Assembly (NCBI GenBank): GCA_963711565.1
Contig: CAVQEQ010000001.1
Location: forward strand, 1,265,217-1,329,216
DNA: 64,000 nt
Direction of reading: 5' to 3'
Origin: an uncultured delta proteobacterium
GTDB taxonomy: Bacteria; Desulfobacterota; Binatia; Binatales; Binataceae
In this document: piece after piece, positions 21,876 through 32,118 of the stretch
Numbering within the stretch: position 1 is the stretch's first letter
How the letters are laid out: each line of letters starts with the position of its first letter
Program-made: the position numbers and the translations under genes
Notes under the pieces: model-generated
Database searches by the model: none
Told to the model about the DNA's origin: nothing
The model's input: only the letters and a program-made list of their open reading frames with translations

Positions 21876-22961
21876 ATGGCTTTAGAGGCTGCTTACCTTC
21901 CGCGAGTGTGGCTGGGCACGAAAGTATCGGAAAAGTTGTTGCCGGCTGCGGCGCGTCCTTTGGCTGCGCACATAAAGCTGACGGAAAATTGCCAAGCTAA
22001 GTGCGTTAGCTGCGATTACTGGAAATCGCGCTGGGAAGATCATATCGATACGGACCGAGCGATTGATTTGATCAATCAGATCGCGGCCGCGGGAATCCGG
22101 AATTTGCGGCTGACCGGCGGCGAACCCTTGCTGCGCATGGATTTGTTTCGGGTACTGAAAGCGGCGAACACTTCTTCTTTTCACAAAATAATTTTGCAAA
22201 CCAACGGGCTGCTGATCAAGAAATTACACAAAGAGATCAACGATTCGCCGATTACCCATGTAGCGGTGTCCATCGATGGATTGAAAGAGACCAACGATCA
22301 GATTCGCGGAATTCGCGGATATTTTGATCTGGGCATGGAAGGGTTGCGGCTGCTGAAGGATAAGGATCTGGCGATTTCGATTACATTGAATAAGGTTTCG
22401 GCGGCGGAGTTGACGCGACTACACGAAACGGCGCGCAGCGTGGGCGCGCGGATGGAAACGAATATTTTGAGCCGCAGCCTGTTCTTTTTTAAGGATGCGG
22501 ATATTGATTCGATCTGGCCGGCAAAAAACGATGTGCCGCAGATTACCAATTTTATGCGGGACACTTTACAACGGCCGAGCTACGAAGTGGATTACATCAC
22601 GGATTATTACAATCACGAGGCCGTGAACGAGCCGGCCTGCGTGCTGGGATTTCTGCAGGTTTTCGTACTGTCCAACGGTGATGTTTTGACGGGATGCTAC
22701 CCCTTGCCGCCGGTTGGGAATGTGTTGAAGGATTCGTTGGCGAATATTCTGGCGTCGGACGCGTATATGAAGCAGAGCGCGGCGATGTTGCGGCGGGAAT
22801 GCCCGGGATGTACTTGCGGGGTGGAGAGTTCGTTGGCGATGCAGCATGCGGGATCCAGCGCGTTTTATGAGCTGGGGAAATTGATGAATCGCGGAAAGAA
22901 GAAAACCCCGCCTCCGGTGCGTGTGCCGGCGGAGAATGATTCGCAGTTGCGGGTGCTTTGA
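21876..22961 (+). CDS. Radical SAM protein with C-terminal SPASM/twitch-like domain
   Basis: CQAKCVSC, LTGGEPLL, TNG, VSIDG; C-terminal C...NGDV..C.....GN...CPGCTC. Confidence 0.92.
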   Translation: MALEAAYLPRVWLGTKVSEKLLPAAARPLAAHIKLTENCQAKCVSCDYWKSRWEDHIDTDRAIDLINQIAAAGIRNLRLTGGEPLLRMDLFRVLKAANTSSFHKIILQTNGLLIKKLHKEINDSPITHVAVSIDGLKETNDQIRGIRGYFDLGMEGLRLLKDKDLAISITLNKVSAAELTRLHETARSVGARMETNILSRSLFFFKDADIDSIWPAKNDVPQITNFMRDTLQRPSYEVDYITDYYNHEAVNEPACVLGFLQVFVLSNGDVLTGCYPLPPVGNVLKDSLANILASDAYMKQSAAMLRRECPGCTCGVESSLAMQHAGSSAFYELGKLMNRGKKKTPPPVRVPAENDSQLRVL

Positions 22962-22966
22962 GGCCG

Positions 22967-23230
22967 CAGGGGCTAAAGCCCCTCGTGTGATGCGTCGTTA
23001 ACGGCCCGACTAAAGTCGGGCCCTCCTGAAAACCCTTCGAACGATCGGCCGACTCAAGACTGCCCGACTAAGGTCGGGCCCTCCCGAAAACTCTTCGAAC
23101 GAACGACTGACTCAAGTTAGGCTCCCCAAATCCTTCGAATGATCGGCCGACGTGAGTTGCCCCTCCGAAAATCTTTCAAACACGGATCGACGCAAGAGCG
23201 GCCCGACTGAAGTCGGGCCCTCCCGAAAAA
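22967..23230. repeat. Tandem REP/BIME-like array
   Basis: GGGGCTAAAGCCCC then three GCCCGACTRARGTCGGGC hairpins (23003, 23062, 23200) with recurring linker CCCTCCYGAAAAC.CTTCGAACGATCGGCCGAC. Confidence 0.8.
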
Positions 23231-23236
23231 AAAGAC

Positions 23237-23274
23237 AAAAAAAGCGAGCCGCGGTTGGCGGCTCGCTTTTTTTT
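23237..23274. terminator. Bidirectional intrinsic terminator
   Basis: A7-GCGAGCCGC-GGTTG-GCGGCTCGC-T8 between convergent genes. Confidence 0.9.
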
Positions 23275-23336
23275 GTGAAAAACAGTTTTACAAAAACGGC
23301 GAACTACTTGAAATACCGTTTTACAGGTGCGGCGAA

Positions 23337-24050
23337 CTACTTGTTGGCGGACTTGTTCACGCGCGCGTGCACATTGAGCGTGCTAACCAAACGCTGGCCG
23401 GAGGGCGGGGTGCGAACTGCGCCTCCGAAGATAATCTCTTTGGCGGAGACTTTCTTGCCATAGAGGCGTTCGTTGGCGTCATTGTCCGGGCGGACGGTCG
23501 AGCCTTCCAAAGAGATACCGGCGAACAGGCCGCGCGAACGGGAATAGGAAAGAATCTCCGCGCGCATGGTTACGTCAGATTCCGCGGATGCGCTGCGGCC
23601 CTTGGGGCCAGCGGCGACCGACGCGTCACCACCGAGCTTGACCTTGCTGCTGAGAATGCCTTGCGCGCCGCGGTCGTTCATGACCAGTAGTACGAAGTCG
23701 GTGGCTTGGCCGCCGATTTGGAAGCCGAAACTGCCGCCTTCCAGAGCCATCATCGAAGGAGCGCTCCAGGGGCCTTTGAAGTTGGTGCCGGTGCGGCAGG
23801 TCATTGCGCCGCGGCCATAGCTGCCGCCGACGATAAACGCGGCCTTCAGCACGGAGGGGTACACGATGACGCATTCCGCTTTGCTGAGCAAATCCTGAGG
23901 AATGTCGTCTGGTACGTTCAAAATTTCCTTCATGACGGTGCCGCAGTTGAGCAAGCGGTCGGCATCTTTGGTGGTGTCATCATCGGCAGCCAAGATCGGC
24001 GCCACGCACATGGCAAAAGTCAAACATCCAGCTATCCATCGCTTCATCAA
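23337..24050 (-). CDS. Ysc84/SYLF lipid-binding domain exported protein
   Basis: KAAFIVGGSYGRG, GGSFGFQIGGQATDFVL, LGGDASVAAGPKGR, SYSRSRGLFAGISLEG. Confidence 0.93.
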   Translation of the reverse strand: MMKRWIAGCLTFAMCVAPILAADDDTTKDADRLLNCGTVMKEILNVPDDIPQDLLSKAECVIVYPSVLKAAFIVGGSYGRGAMTCRTGTNFKGPWSAPSMMALEGGSFGFQIGGQATDFVLLVMNDRGAQGILSSKVKLGGDASVAAGPKGRSASAESDVTMRAEILSYSRSRGLFAGISLEGSTVRPDNDANERLYGKKVSAKEIIFGGAVRTPPSGQRLVSTLNVHARVNKSANK

Positions 24051-24349
24051 AATCTCCTTTATATTCGACGCCGATATTCAGAGTCGGCCTCAGTGGGCAT
24101 ATTCCAGGGCGGCGTCCATCATAATGACTTCTGGGGCGGGCTGCAATCGCTGAGGCAACTTTGCACTCGGAACGGCCTAACTAGCGGGGTGCGGGCCGAT
24201 GCAATCCAGTATCCGGCTACGAACCTTGAAACCGGACGGTGGAGTCACCCTCGGGCTTATCCATGATGTCCATGACCGATAGTTGGGCGAACGAACTGGC
24301 CATTGCGATGCGACTCGACGCTTGAAAAGAAATACGGATATACTTTCTT

Positions 24350-25300
24350 ATGCGTTTTTTACAACTACGAGTTGACTCTCGAATGGCGATAGCGTTTTTC
24401 TTTGCGAGCTTCGCGGTGATGCTGGCCGCTGCTGCGCCGGCGGACCAGGACGCGAAATGGTCCAGTGATTTGGCGGCTTGGCGCGCGCAGCATGCCAGCG
24501 AATTGCAGAAACCGGCGGGATGGCTGTCGCTGACGGGACTCGACTGGCTGGAAGTGGGCGACAATACGTTTGGCTCGGCGCCGGACAACAAGATCAAGCT
24601 GGTGGGTTGCCCCGGGCATTTGGGAATTTTGCACCTCGAAAACAATTCGGTGCAGTTGCTGCCGCCGAAAGGCGGAGATTTTTCGCCGGATTTTCTGGTT
24701 GCGGGAATTCCTGCCAAAAAGCAATTGATTCCAGTGACTCCGGACGACGATAAGAATGCGCCACATTTGACGATTGGCTCGCTGAACATGTATGTGATTC
24801 AGCGCGCGGATCGTTTTGCGCTGCGCGTGAAAGATGCAAAATCGCCGGCACTGACGGGATTTCACGGACTGAAGTGGTACCCCGGAGATCCGGCGTTTCA
24901 CGTTATTGCCAAGTGGATTCCCTACTCTCCGGCGAAAACGATTACGCTGGCGACCCTGGCGGGGACCACTTACGACGCGCCGGTGCCGGGAGTGGCGGAG
25001 TTTACCTTGCAGGGAAAAACCTATCGGCTGGAGCCGGTATTGGAAGATCCGAAGGCGACACAATTATTTTTTGTGCTGCGGGACCCGACCAGCGCGACTA
25101 CGACCTATCACGCTTGCCGGTTTCTTTACACGGTGTTGCCGGACCATGGTTTAGACAAGCCGGGGACGTTGTCGCTGGATTTCAACCGGCTGGAGAATCC
25201 GCCGTGCGCGTATACGCCGTATGCCACCTGCCCGTTGCCGCCGGCCGGTAATCGCTTGCCGGTGGCGCTGCCGGTGGGCGAAAAGCGCTATCACGAGTAG
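24350..25300 (+). CDS. DUF1684 domain protein
   Basis: GWLSLTGLDWL, LFFVLRD.TS..TTY...RFL, LDFNRL.NPPCAYTPYATCPLPP.GNRL....GEK. Confidence 0.9.
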   Translation: MRFLQLRVDSRMAIAFFFASFAVMLAAAAPADQDAKWSSDLAAWRAQHASELQKPAGWLSLTGLDWLEVGDNTFGSAPDNKIKLVGCPGHLGILHLENNSVQLLPPKGGDFSPDFLVAGIPAKKQLIPVTPDDDKNAPHLTIGSLNMYVIQRADRFALRVKDAKSPALTGFHGLKWYPGDPAFHVIAKWIPYSPAKTITLATLAGTTYDAPVPGVAEFTLQGKTYRLEPVLEDPKATQLFFVLRDPTSATTTYHACRFLYTVLPDHGLDKPGTLSLDFNRLENPPCAYTPYATCPLPPAGNRLPVALPVGEKRYHE

Positions 25301-25368
25301 AAGAACGTTTCTGACGAATGTTACGATTTTGAGGATCGAATTCGAGAATTGCGAGCCAACTGCTATCA

Positions 25369-25833
25369 ATGCCCACTGATAACAATACACCCCGTCCGGA
25401 TGCCAACGCCGATGCCAACGAAGGCGCCTCGCCACAGCGCGAAAAATTGACGCTGCTGCGGCATGCGCTGCTGCGCATCCACAAAACGCTCCTGAATATG
25501 GAGCGCCAGGATTATGAACGGGATCACGGCGCGGTGAATACCGGCGAGCTGTTCCGGCTGGTGATCGATGATCCGCAGTTTGCCTGGCTGCACAACATTT
25601 CGGAATTTGTGGTGCGCATTGACGAGACTCTGGCGGGCAAAGAGCCGGTGACCGTGGAATATATGCGCGAATCTTTCGTGCTGGCGCGAAAAATGTTTAC
25701 GCCCACGGAAGCGGGCGATGCGTTTCAGAAAAAATATTTTGATGCGATTCAGCGGGACCCGGCGGTAGTGATGGATCACGCGGAGCTGGCGCGACTGTTT
25801 AACACCGAACCGATGGACTCAAGCGCGGCATAG
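25369..25833 (+). CDS. Conserved hypothetical protein
   Basis: 154-aa helical ORF (LH.TLL..ER.DYE...DPQFAWL) co-oriented with neighbours. Confidence 0.8.
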   Translation: MPTDNNTPRPDANADANEGASPQREKLTLLRHALLRIHKTLLNMERQDYERDHGAVNTGELFRLVIDDPQFAWLHNISEFVVRIDETLAGKEPVTVEYMRESFVLARKMFTPTEAGDAFQKKYFDAIQRDPAVVMDHAELARLFNTEPMDSSAA

Positions 25834-25853
25834 ATTTTCTGGAACTTACTCGC

Positions 25854-26153
25854 TTGCTCAATCTAGACAATTTCCCGGTTACGCACGATGAGGATGGCCA
25901 GCAGTTTTTGCTGACGATCGACAAGCAGGTGGCGCTGCTCGCGTACAGCCGGAGGCCCGGAATCCTTTCGCTGGATCACACTAGAGTTCCGCCCGCGATC
26001 CAAAGTCAGGGTGTGGCTGCGAAGTTGACGCGCGCGGCGCTGGATTTTGCGCGCGCGGAGAATTTGCGGGTGGTTCCGGCTTGTTCGTATGCGGCGGCGT
26101 TTCTTCGGAAGCATACGGAGTATGCGGATTTGGTGGCGTCGCCGAAGAGTTAG
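25854..26153 (+). CDS. Small GNAT N-acetyltransferase (YjdJ-like)
   Basis: HTRVPP....QGVAA.L...ALDFAR...LRVVPACSY. Confidence 0.9.
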   Translation: MLNLDNFPVTHDEDGQQFLLTIDKQVALLAYSRRPGILSLDHTRVPPAIQSQGVAAKLTRAALDFARAENLRVVPACSYAAAFLRKHTEYADLVASPKS

Positions 26154-26226
26154 TTTTTGCTCATTTCCTATTTCTCGCGGCTTTAATTTTCAGAAAATAC
26201 CGTTGAGTCGGAATGCTTGCCGAGAT

Positions 26227-26252
26227 GGGGCGCAGCATGCTGCGCCCCTACA
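26227..26252. repeat. GTAG-family REP-like palindrome
   Basis: GGGGCGCAGCATGCTGCGCCCCTACA; second copy TGTAGTGGCGCAGCATGCTGCGC at 41494-41517. Confidence 0.75.
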
Positions 26253-26285
26253 AAGGCGTTGCTTGATCGACGATGGATCGATTTC

Positions 26286-27006
26286 ATGGCTGTTACTTCA
26301 AAACTTAAGATTCGGCGGTTGCGGCGGGCGGAGTTGCCGCACGATACGGTGGACCTGGCACGATATTTAATCGGGAAAGTTGTAGTGCAGGAGCTGGCGT
26401 GCGGGCGATTGAGCGGGCGAATTGTGGAGACGGAGGCCTACCCGCCGGGCGATCCTGCGGGGCATCATTTCCGGGGACCTACGCCGCGGATTCGCTCGAT
26501 GTATCTGCATCCCGGGCACGCTTATATATATTTTAATTATGGCGTGCACTTCATGTTGAATGTGGCCAGCGAACCGCACGGCCAAGCCGGAGGGATATTG
26601 ATTCGGGCGCTGGAGCCGCTGGAGGGCGTGGAGTGGATGCAGAAGCATCGCGCAGGATCTCGCGGCCGACGACCTCAGACTGGTAGACCTGACGCGGGGG
26701 CCCGGACGATTGGCGGCGGCTTTGCAGATTGACCGCCGGCACGATGGAGTGGATTTATGCAGCGCAAAGAGTTCGTTGTGGCTCGGCGAACTGGTGGGGG
26801 ATGCTACCGCGCAGGATGCTGGAACGGTGCGGAAGGACGTCGTGTCCAAGACCGTGCGTATCGGGATCACGCAGGCCGCAGACAAATTGTTGAGGTTTTA
26901 TGAACGGGGGAATCCGTTTGTGAGCGGCCCGAAGCGACTACTGGCACTGAACAAAAAGAAACTCCCGGCAAACCGGAAGAAAAATACTCGCCGCGAATCC
27001 AAGTAA
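26286..27006 (+). CDS. mpg: DNA-3-methyladenine glycosylase (MPG/AAG family), frameshift near 26680
   Basis: GRIVETEAY, PGHAYIYFNYGVHFMLNV, ILIRALEPLEG, then GPGRLAAALQID, RIGITQA...LRFY..GNPFVS. Confidence 0.92.
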
Positions 27007-27008
27007 AG

Positions 27009-27782
27009 CTATTTGTAGGTGGTTACCACTTCCCCGTTTTCAATTTTCAGGTTGGTGACGTCCGCCGGAAGGCGAAGCTTTTCGCGATTTTCCGGAGAAT
27101 CCATCAGGCGCTGCACGGCGTTCTGCAGCGCGGAGAGTGGCAAGGGCAGCGCGCCAATCTGTCCGCTGAGCGGCTCGAAGCGGATGTAGCCATTCTCGGA
27201 ACCCAGCTTGCCTTCGAGTTGCAGCGTCATATCTTTGCCATGGACGTCGAAGACAACGTAGGCGATAACGCGGTCGCCGACCAATTGGACTTTTACGTCT
27301 TTCACGTTGGAGCGCATCTGGTCGATGTCTTCGGCGGACGGCATCGAGGGATTGCTGAGAGTGTTGTCAGGTGCCGGGGTGCTGGCAGGGATAGCCGGCG
27401 CATCGCTGGAAGCACTCCCTGAGTTTCCGGGACTTGGATTTGCCGGCGGGGCGGCTGCGTATTGCAGGCGGGCGCTGCCGGGAAGTTCAAGGTGCGAGGC
27501 CAGGTAGGAGTTTAGCTCGGTCTGGTCCATGTGCATCGCGGCGGGCTGGCCGTTGGCTACGGCTTGTTCGACTTGCTGAAATTTTTCGTCGACGCGGGCA
27601 GCGGCTTGGGCGGTGACCTGAATATCCGGCGGCGGAGATTTGTGGAGCAGTAGAACCAGAGTGATTGCAGCGGCGGCGTAAGTGCTCCAGCGGAACAGGC
27701 GGAAGGCCAGCTGCCAGGTGTTGCGAGGGGACGCGGCGTGGAGCGAGGAGCGCTCGTCGCTAGAAGGCAAATTGTTATTCAT
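27009..27782 (-). CDS. Hypothetical membrane-anchored protein
   Basis: Single N-terminal TM, Pro/Ser linker, beta-rich C-terminus. Confidence 0.75.
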   Translation of the reverse strand: MNNNLPSSDERSSLHAASPRNTWQLAFRLFRWSTYAAAAITLVLLLHKSPPPDIQVTAQAAARVDEKFQQVEQAVANGQPAAMHMDQTELNSYLASHLELPGSARLQYAAAPPANPSPGNSGSASSDAPAIPASTPAPDNTLSNPSMPSAEDIDQMRSNVKDVKVQLVGDRVIAYVVFDVHGKDMTLQLEGKLGSENGYIRFEPLSGQIGALPLPLSALQNAVQRLMDSPENREKLRLPADVTNLKIENGEVVTTYK

Positions 27783-27970
27783 ACCAGGTTCTCCCGCAGC
27801 GCCCGTACAGCGGCCCAAAAGCAAAAGACCGCGAATATGTCGCTATATGTAACGTAGGCGCGAGGACCGCAAGGTACAAGGGAACGGAAGTACTGGCGGC
27901 GAGATGGATACCTGTCCGGAAGTACTTGGGAGCGTGTGCGATACTGCTTTTCACAATTTTCTGCACGTAA

Positions 27971-28927
27971 ATGAGCCGCACTGCGCTAATGACCAAGCCG
28001 AAAGACGCGCCGCACAACGTGAATGACGAGAGCCGAGTATGGCCGTACCTGGCGCTCGCGGCGGGAATTGCGTGCATTGGATGGTCGGCTATTTTTGTGC
28101 GCTGGACGGATATGCCGGGGCCGGCTTCGGCGTTTTACCGGATGCTGATTCCCGTGGTGGTGCTGGCGCCTACGTGGTTTGTGGGGCGCGGAGCTACCCG
28201 ATTGGACCGGCGCGCGTTCCTGATCATCGCCCTGGGCGGGCTTTTCTTCTCGCTGGATCTGGCCTTCTACAACACCGCTATTTTGCGAACGACGGCGGCC
28301 AACGCCACGCTGTTCGGCAATTATTCTCCAGTGGTCGTGGGTTTGCTTACCTGGCTGATTTTCGGCCGCAGACCCAGAATAACTTTCTGGCTCGGTTTGC
28401 TGCTGGCCCTGGTTGGTACAGGCGCGATCGTTTGGACTGATTTGCGCGCGCATGTCGGCTTTGGCGCTGGGGATGTGATGGCGTTAGCGGCTGCCGCGTT
28501 TTTCGCCGTGTATTTGATGGTGACCGAGCAAGTGCGCTCGACCATCAGCACTCTGGTTTTTCTGCGACTGGCCATGCTCACCAGCGCCGTGTTTCTGTTG
28601 CTGATGAATTTGGGCATGGGCGTTTCGCTGCGCATTCCCCCAGGACACTCCTTGCCGGCGTTGCTGGCGCTGGGGTTAATTACGCAGCTCGGCGGTTACA
28701 TGGCGCTGACGTATGCCATGGGACATTTGCCGGCGACGGTAACCTCAGTGAGCTTGCTGTTGCAGATACCGTTGACGGCGGTGCTGGCGACGCTTTTGCT
28801 CGGAGAGAAATTAAACGCGGCGCAGATCCTGGGCGGTGTGCTGGTGCTTGCGGGAGTGGGACTGGCCAACTGGCGAAGCGCTCCGGAACAAGAGGCGAAC
28901 ACTTTGCTGGCCGGAAGTGATGCGTGA
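27971..28927 (+). CDS. DMT/EamA family transporter
   Basis: About 10 TMs in two repeats; AFYR, LLGEKL...QILGG.LVLAGV. Confidence 0.92.
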   Translation: MSRTALMTKPKDAPHNVNDESRVWPYLALAAGIACIGWSAIFVRWTDMPGPASAFYRMLIPVVVLAPTWFVGRGATRLDRRAFLIIALGGLFFSLDLAFYNTAILRTTAANATLFGNYSPVVVGLLTWLIFGRRPRITFWLGLLLALVGTGAIVWTDLRAHVGFGAGDVMALAAAAFFAVYLMVTEQVRSTISTLVFLRLAMLTSAVFLLLMNLGMGVSLRIPPGHSLPALLALGLITQLGGYMALTYAMGHLPATVTSVSLLLQIPLTAVLATLLLGEKLNAAQILGGVLVLAGVGLANWRSAPEQEANTLLAGSDA

Positions 28928-28952
28928 ACTACTCGCTGTCGAGGAAAACCGT

Positions 28953-29315
28953 TTAATTCGTGACGGGGGACTTGGCGGGGGCGTCCGCTAGCGCGAGAAT
29001 TTCCACGTTGTTGCCGTTGGGATCCTGAATGTAGACCGAGGACGTGCCGTCGCGGTGTTTTTTTGGCAAGCCGTATACGCTGGGATCGCCGAGAACCGCG
29101 AAATGATCCGGATGCTGCGACGGCAGCACAAAAGCCAGCCGAATATTGGCGAATTCCACCAGCGCCCAAGTGTCGTCCTGATAGGCCACCTTGCATTGAA
29201 AATGCTGCTGGTACCACTTCACCGTCTCCGAAATATTGGCCACGGAAACCGCTACATGGTCCATGGTGTCCAGCGAACCGCTGTTGAGTGATTTATTTTC
29301 CAAGGAACCCGGCAT
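28953..29315 (-). CDS. VOC/glyoxalase family protein
   Basis: DHVAVSV....ETV.WY, HFA, SVYIQDPNGNNVE; GGAGG RBS. Confidence 0.9.
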   Translation of the reverse strand: MPGSLENKSLNSGSLDTMDHVAVSVANISETVKWYQQHFQCKVAYQDDTWALVEFANIRLAFVLPSQHPDHFAVLGDPSVYGLPKKHRDGTSSVYIQDPNGNNVEILALADAPAKSPVTN

Positions 29316-29633
29316 ATACCGCCTCCCACGCTGCACGCGCAGAAACCCTGAGTAAGAGTACTCGTTTTGTGGCCGCGCTGGCTACGCAGCTGCATACGCT
29401 TTTTCACCGCGCTCAAATGTGGAGCCGAGGAATTCACCTTCGTAAATGGCGGCACATTGCGTGTCCGAAATACCCGGGGCCGTTGCGAATGGCGCCAAAC
29501 GATTCGCAGCGGGAGACTTGCCGTCCGACAACCGCTAAGGGAAACTCATAACGTCTTCGAGGGACAAAAGCCGCCCGACTTTTGTCCATGATGCGCTGCT
29601 TCAAATACGTAGTTTTCACCAAGAGGAACTCCC

Positions 29634-31907
29634 ATGCGACGATTTTTGAGCATTTTCACCGCGTTACTTTGGCCTTTTCTGGCGGGCGCGCAACAGCCGG
29701 CTGGGCCGATCAACACTCCGCTGCCCGCCGAAAGATCGTCCCCGTCAGGCGCCGCGGGTGCCGCAACTTCTGTGGCAGCGAGCACTGCGCCAAATTCACG
29801 ATTGCGGATTGGGATTGCGCTGGAAGGCGGCGGAGCCCTGGGGTTGGCGCACATCGGCGTATTGCAGTGGTTTGATGAGCACCACATCCCCATCGATTAC
29901 GTGGCCGGCACCAGCATGGGCGGATTGGTCGGGGGCTTTTATGCCACGGGAATGGATCCCGCGGAGCTGCGGGCGTTGATTCAGAGCATCGACTGGAACC
30001 AGGTGTTGAGTGGGCGGACGCCGTACGAAGACCTGTCCTTTCGCAGAAAAGAAGATCAGCGCGCGTACCCTAACGCGTTGATCCTGGGCTTGCGTAAGGG
30101 CTTGAAGCTGCCGGGCGGACTAAATTCCGGACACCAGATCAGCCTGTTGATTGACAAGGTGACGCTGCCCTATTACGAAGACAAATCGTTCAACGATTTG
30201 CCGACGCCGTTTCGCTGCGTGGCTACGGATCTAGTAAGCGGTAAGCAGGTGGTCTTCAGCGGAGGGCGGCTCAGCGAAGCGCTGCGCGCGTCCATGTCGA
30301 TTCCCGCGGTGTTTACCCCGGTGTATCGGAAAGATCAGGTTCTGGTGGACGGCGGGCTGGTCAATAATCTGCCGTCAGACGTCGCCAGGCAAATGGGCGC
30401 GGATATCGTCATCGCCGTGCACCTGGACACGCAGGCGGTGGACGCTAACGACATTCAGTCCTTGTTTAGCGTGCTCCAGCAGTCGGTGCGCGTAGTAGTG
30501 GCGCAGAGCGAAGTACGCGGCATGGCCCAGGCGGACATGGTGGTGTCGGTACCGCTGAGCGAGTTTGGCTCGTCCGATTACGAAAAAGATGTCGCGATTA
30601 TGGCCAAGGGCTATCAAGCCGCGACAGATAAATCGCGCTTGCTTGAGAAATTCGCATTGAACGATGAGCAGTGGCAGGAATACGTCCGCGAACGCAACTC
30701 CCGCAAACGCACGGTGGATCCCGTTCCGCAATTCATTCAGGTGCGCGGAACCACGACCATACAGCATACGGACGATATCGAACGTTTTCTTGCGCCATTT
30801 GCGGGGAAAACTCTGGACACCGAGGCGCTGGATCGGGCCCTGACTCGACTCACCGGCGTAGGCCGTTACGACACGGTGGGTTATCAGATCATCGAGAAGG
30901 ATGGCAAACAAGGATTGCGCATCGAGGTCAACGAAAAAAATTACGCGCCGCCAACGCTTCAGCCAGCATTTGAGGTCAATGGAGCGGAAACCGGGGATGT
31001 GGGTTTCACCATGGCGTCGCGACTGACGTTCCTGGATGTTGCGGGATTCCGCTCGGAGTGGCGGACGGATTTCTCGTTCGGGCAGACCTATGGAATCGCC
31101 AGCGAGTTGTACCGGCCGTTCACTCCGGTGAGCAAGTGGTTCTTTGCGCCGCGGGCCGACGCGGTCGACCAGAATTTTAATATTTACTACAAGACTAATC
31201 CCATAGCGGACTACCGGCTGGTTCATGCGGCTATTGGAGGCGACTTCGGCTACGGCTTCAGCCGCTTCAGCGAGCTACGCGCCGGTTACGAAGTGGGATA
31301 TCTCAGCGCCGACTTGCGATTGGGTAGCCCCGAGTTCCAATCGGTCAGCGGACGAACGGGAGATTTGCGGGTGCACTATTTAATGGATCACACGGATGAT
31401 CCGATAGTTCCCCGCAGCGGATTTCGTACTGAAAGTACTTTCCGCTGGTTTGATACCAGCCCCGGCGCGCCCAGTGCATTTCCCTCGCTGATCACGCAGC
31501 TCGAATATTTTCGACCGGTGTCCGAACTTGGATCTGTTTTTGTCCAAGCTAGCGGGGGTTCTACTTTTGGCTCAACGAATACGGGGATTCCGCAATTCTT
31601 CCTGGGAGGACCCTCCACGCTGGGCGCATACGGTTTGAACGAGTTGCGCGGCGATCAATTCTACTTGTTCCGCGCCGGCTATCTGCATGACATTTTCACG
31701 CTACCGACTTTTGTGGGCACCAAGGTCTATGCCATCGGCGCTTACGAATTCGCAAAAATGTATGGCGTCACGAATGAAAGTGGCTTCCCGAACGATTTCT
31801 CTGCCGGCGTGTTGGCGGAAACCTCGCTGGGGCCATTGTTCATCGGTGGCGCGGTGGGCGACACCGGTCATCACAAGTGGTTCTTTCAACTGGGGCGTGT
31901 TTTCTAG
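29634..31907 (+). CDS. Patatin - POTRA - Omp85 beta-barrel protein (PlpD-like, type Vd)
   Basis: LEGGGALG, GTSMG, DGG patatin motifs; C-terminal barrel ending FFQLGRVF. Confidence 0.9.
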   Translation: MRRFLSIFTALLWPFLAGAQQPAGPINTPLPAERSSPSGAAGAATSVAASTAPNSRLRIGIALEGGGALGLAHIGVLQWFDEHHIPIDYVAGTSMGGLVGGFYATGMDPAELRALIQSIDWNQVLSGRTPYEDLSFRRKEDQRAYPNALILGLRKGLKLPGGLNSGHQISLLIDKVTLPYYEDKSFNDLPTPFRCVATDLVSGKQVVFSGGRLSEALRASMSIPAVFTPVYRKDQVLVDGGLVNNLPSDVARQMGADIVIAVHLDTQAVDANDIQSLFSVLQQSVRVVVAQSEVRGMAQADMVVSVPLSEFGSSDYEKDVAIMAKGYQAATDKSRLLEKFALNDEQWQEYVRERNSRKRTVDPVPQFIQVRGTTTIQHTDDIERFLAPFAGKTLDTEALDRALTRLTGVGRYDTVGYQIIEKDGKQGLRIEVNEKNYAPPTLQPAFEVNGAETGDVGFTMASRLTFLDVAGFRSEWRTDFSFGQTYGIASELYRPFTPVSKWFFAPRADAVDQNFNIYYKTNPIADYRLVHAAIGGDFGYGFSRFSELRAGYEVGYLSADLRLGSPEFQSVSGRTGDLRVHYLMDHTDDPIVPRSGFRTESTFRWFDTSPGAPSAFPSLITQLEYFRPVSELGSVFVQASGGSTFGSTNTGIPQFFLGGPSTLGAYGLNELRGDQFYLFRAGYLHDIFTLPTFVGTKVYAIGAYEFAKMYGVTNESGFPNDFSAGVLAETSLGPLFIGGAVGDTGHHKWFFQLGRVF

Positions 31908-32118
31908 CTTTGGGATGGCTTGCGGCCAGATTCCAGGCCACGCTCCTGTCGCGTAATTTGCAGCATTCAAGCAACATAGCCGGATTTCCACAGACCGCGC
32001 CGAGCTGTGAACTTCCATCCACGCGTTATTCATACCGCTGTAACACAGCTCGCGCTATAACTCTCCCGCCAAAGACCAATCGCGCTATTCGGCAAATATT
32101 ACAGAGGACTGGAGTGTC

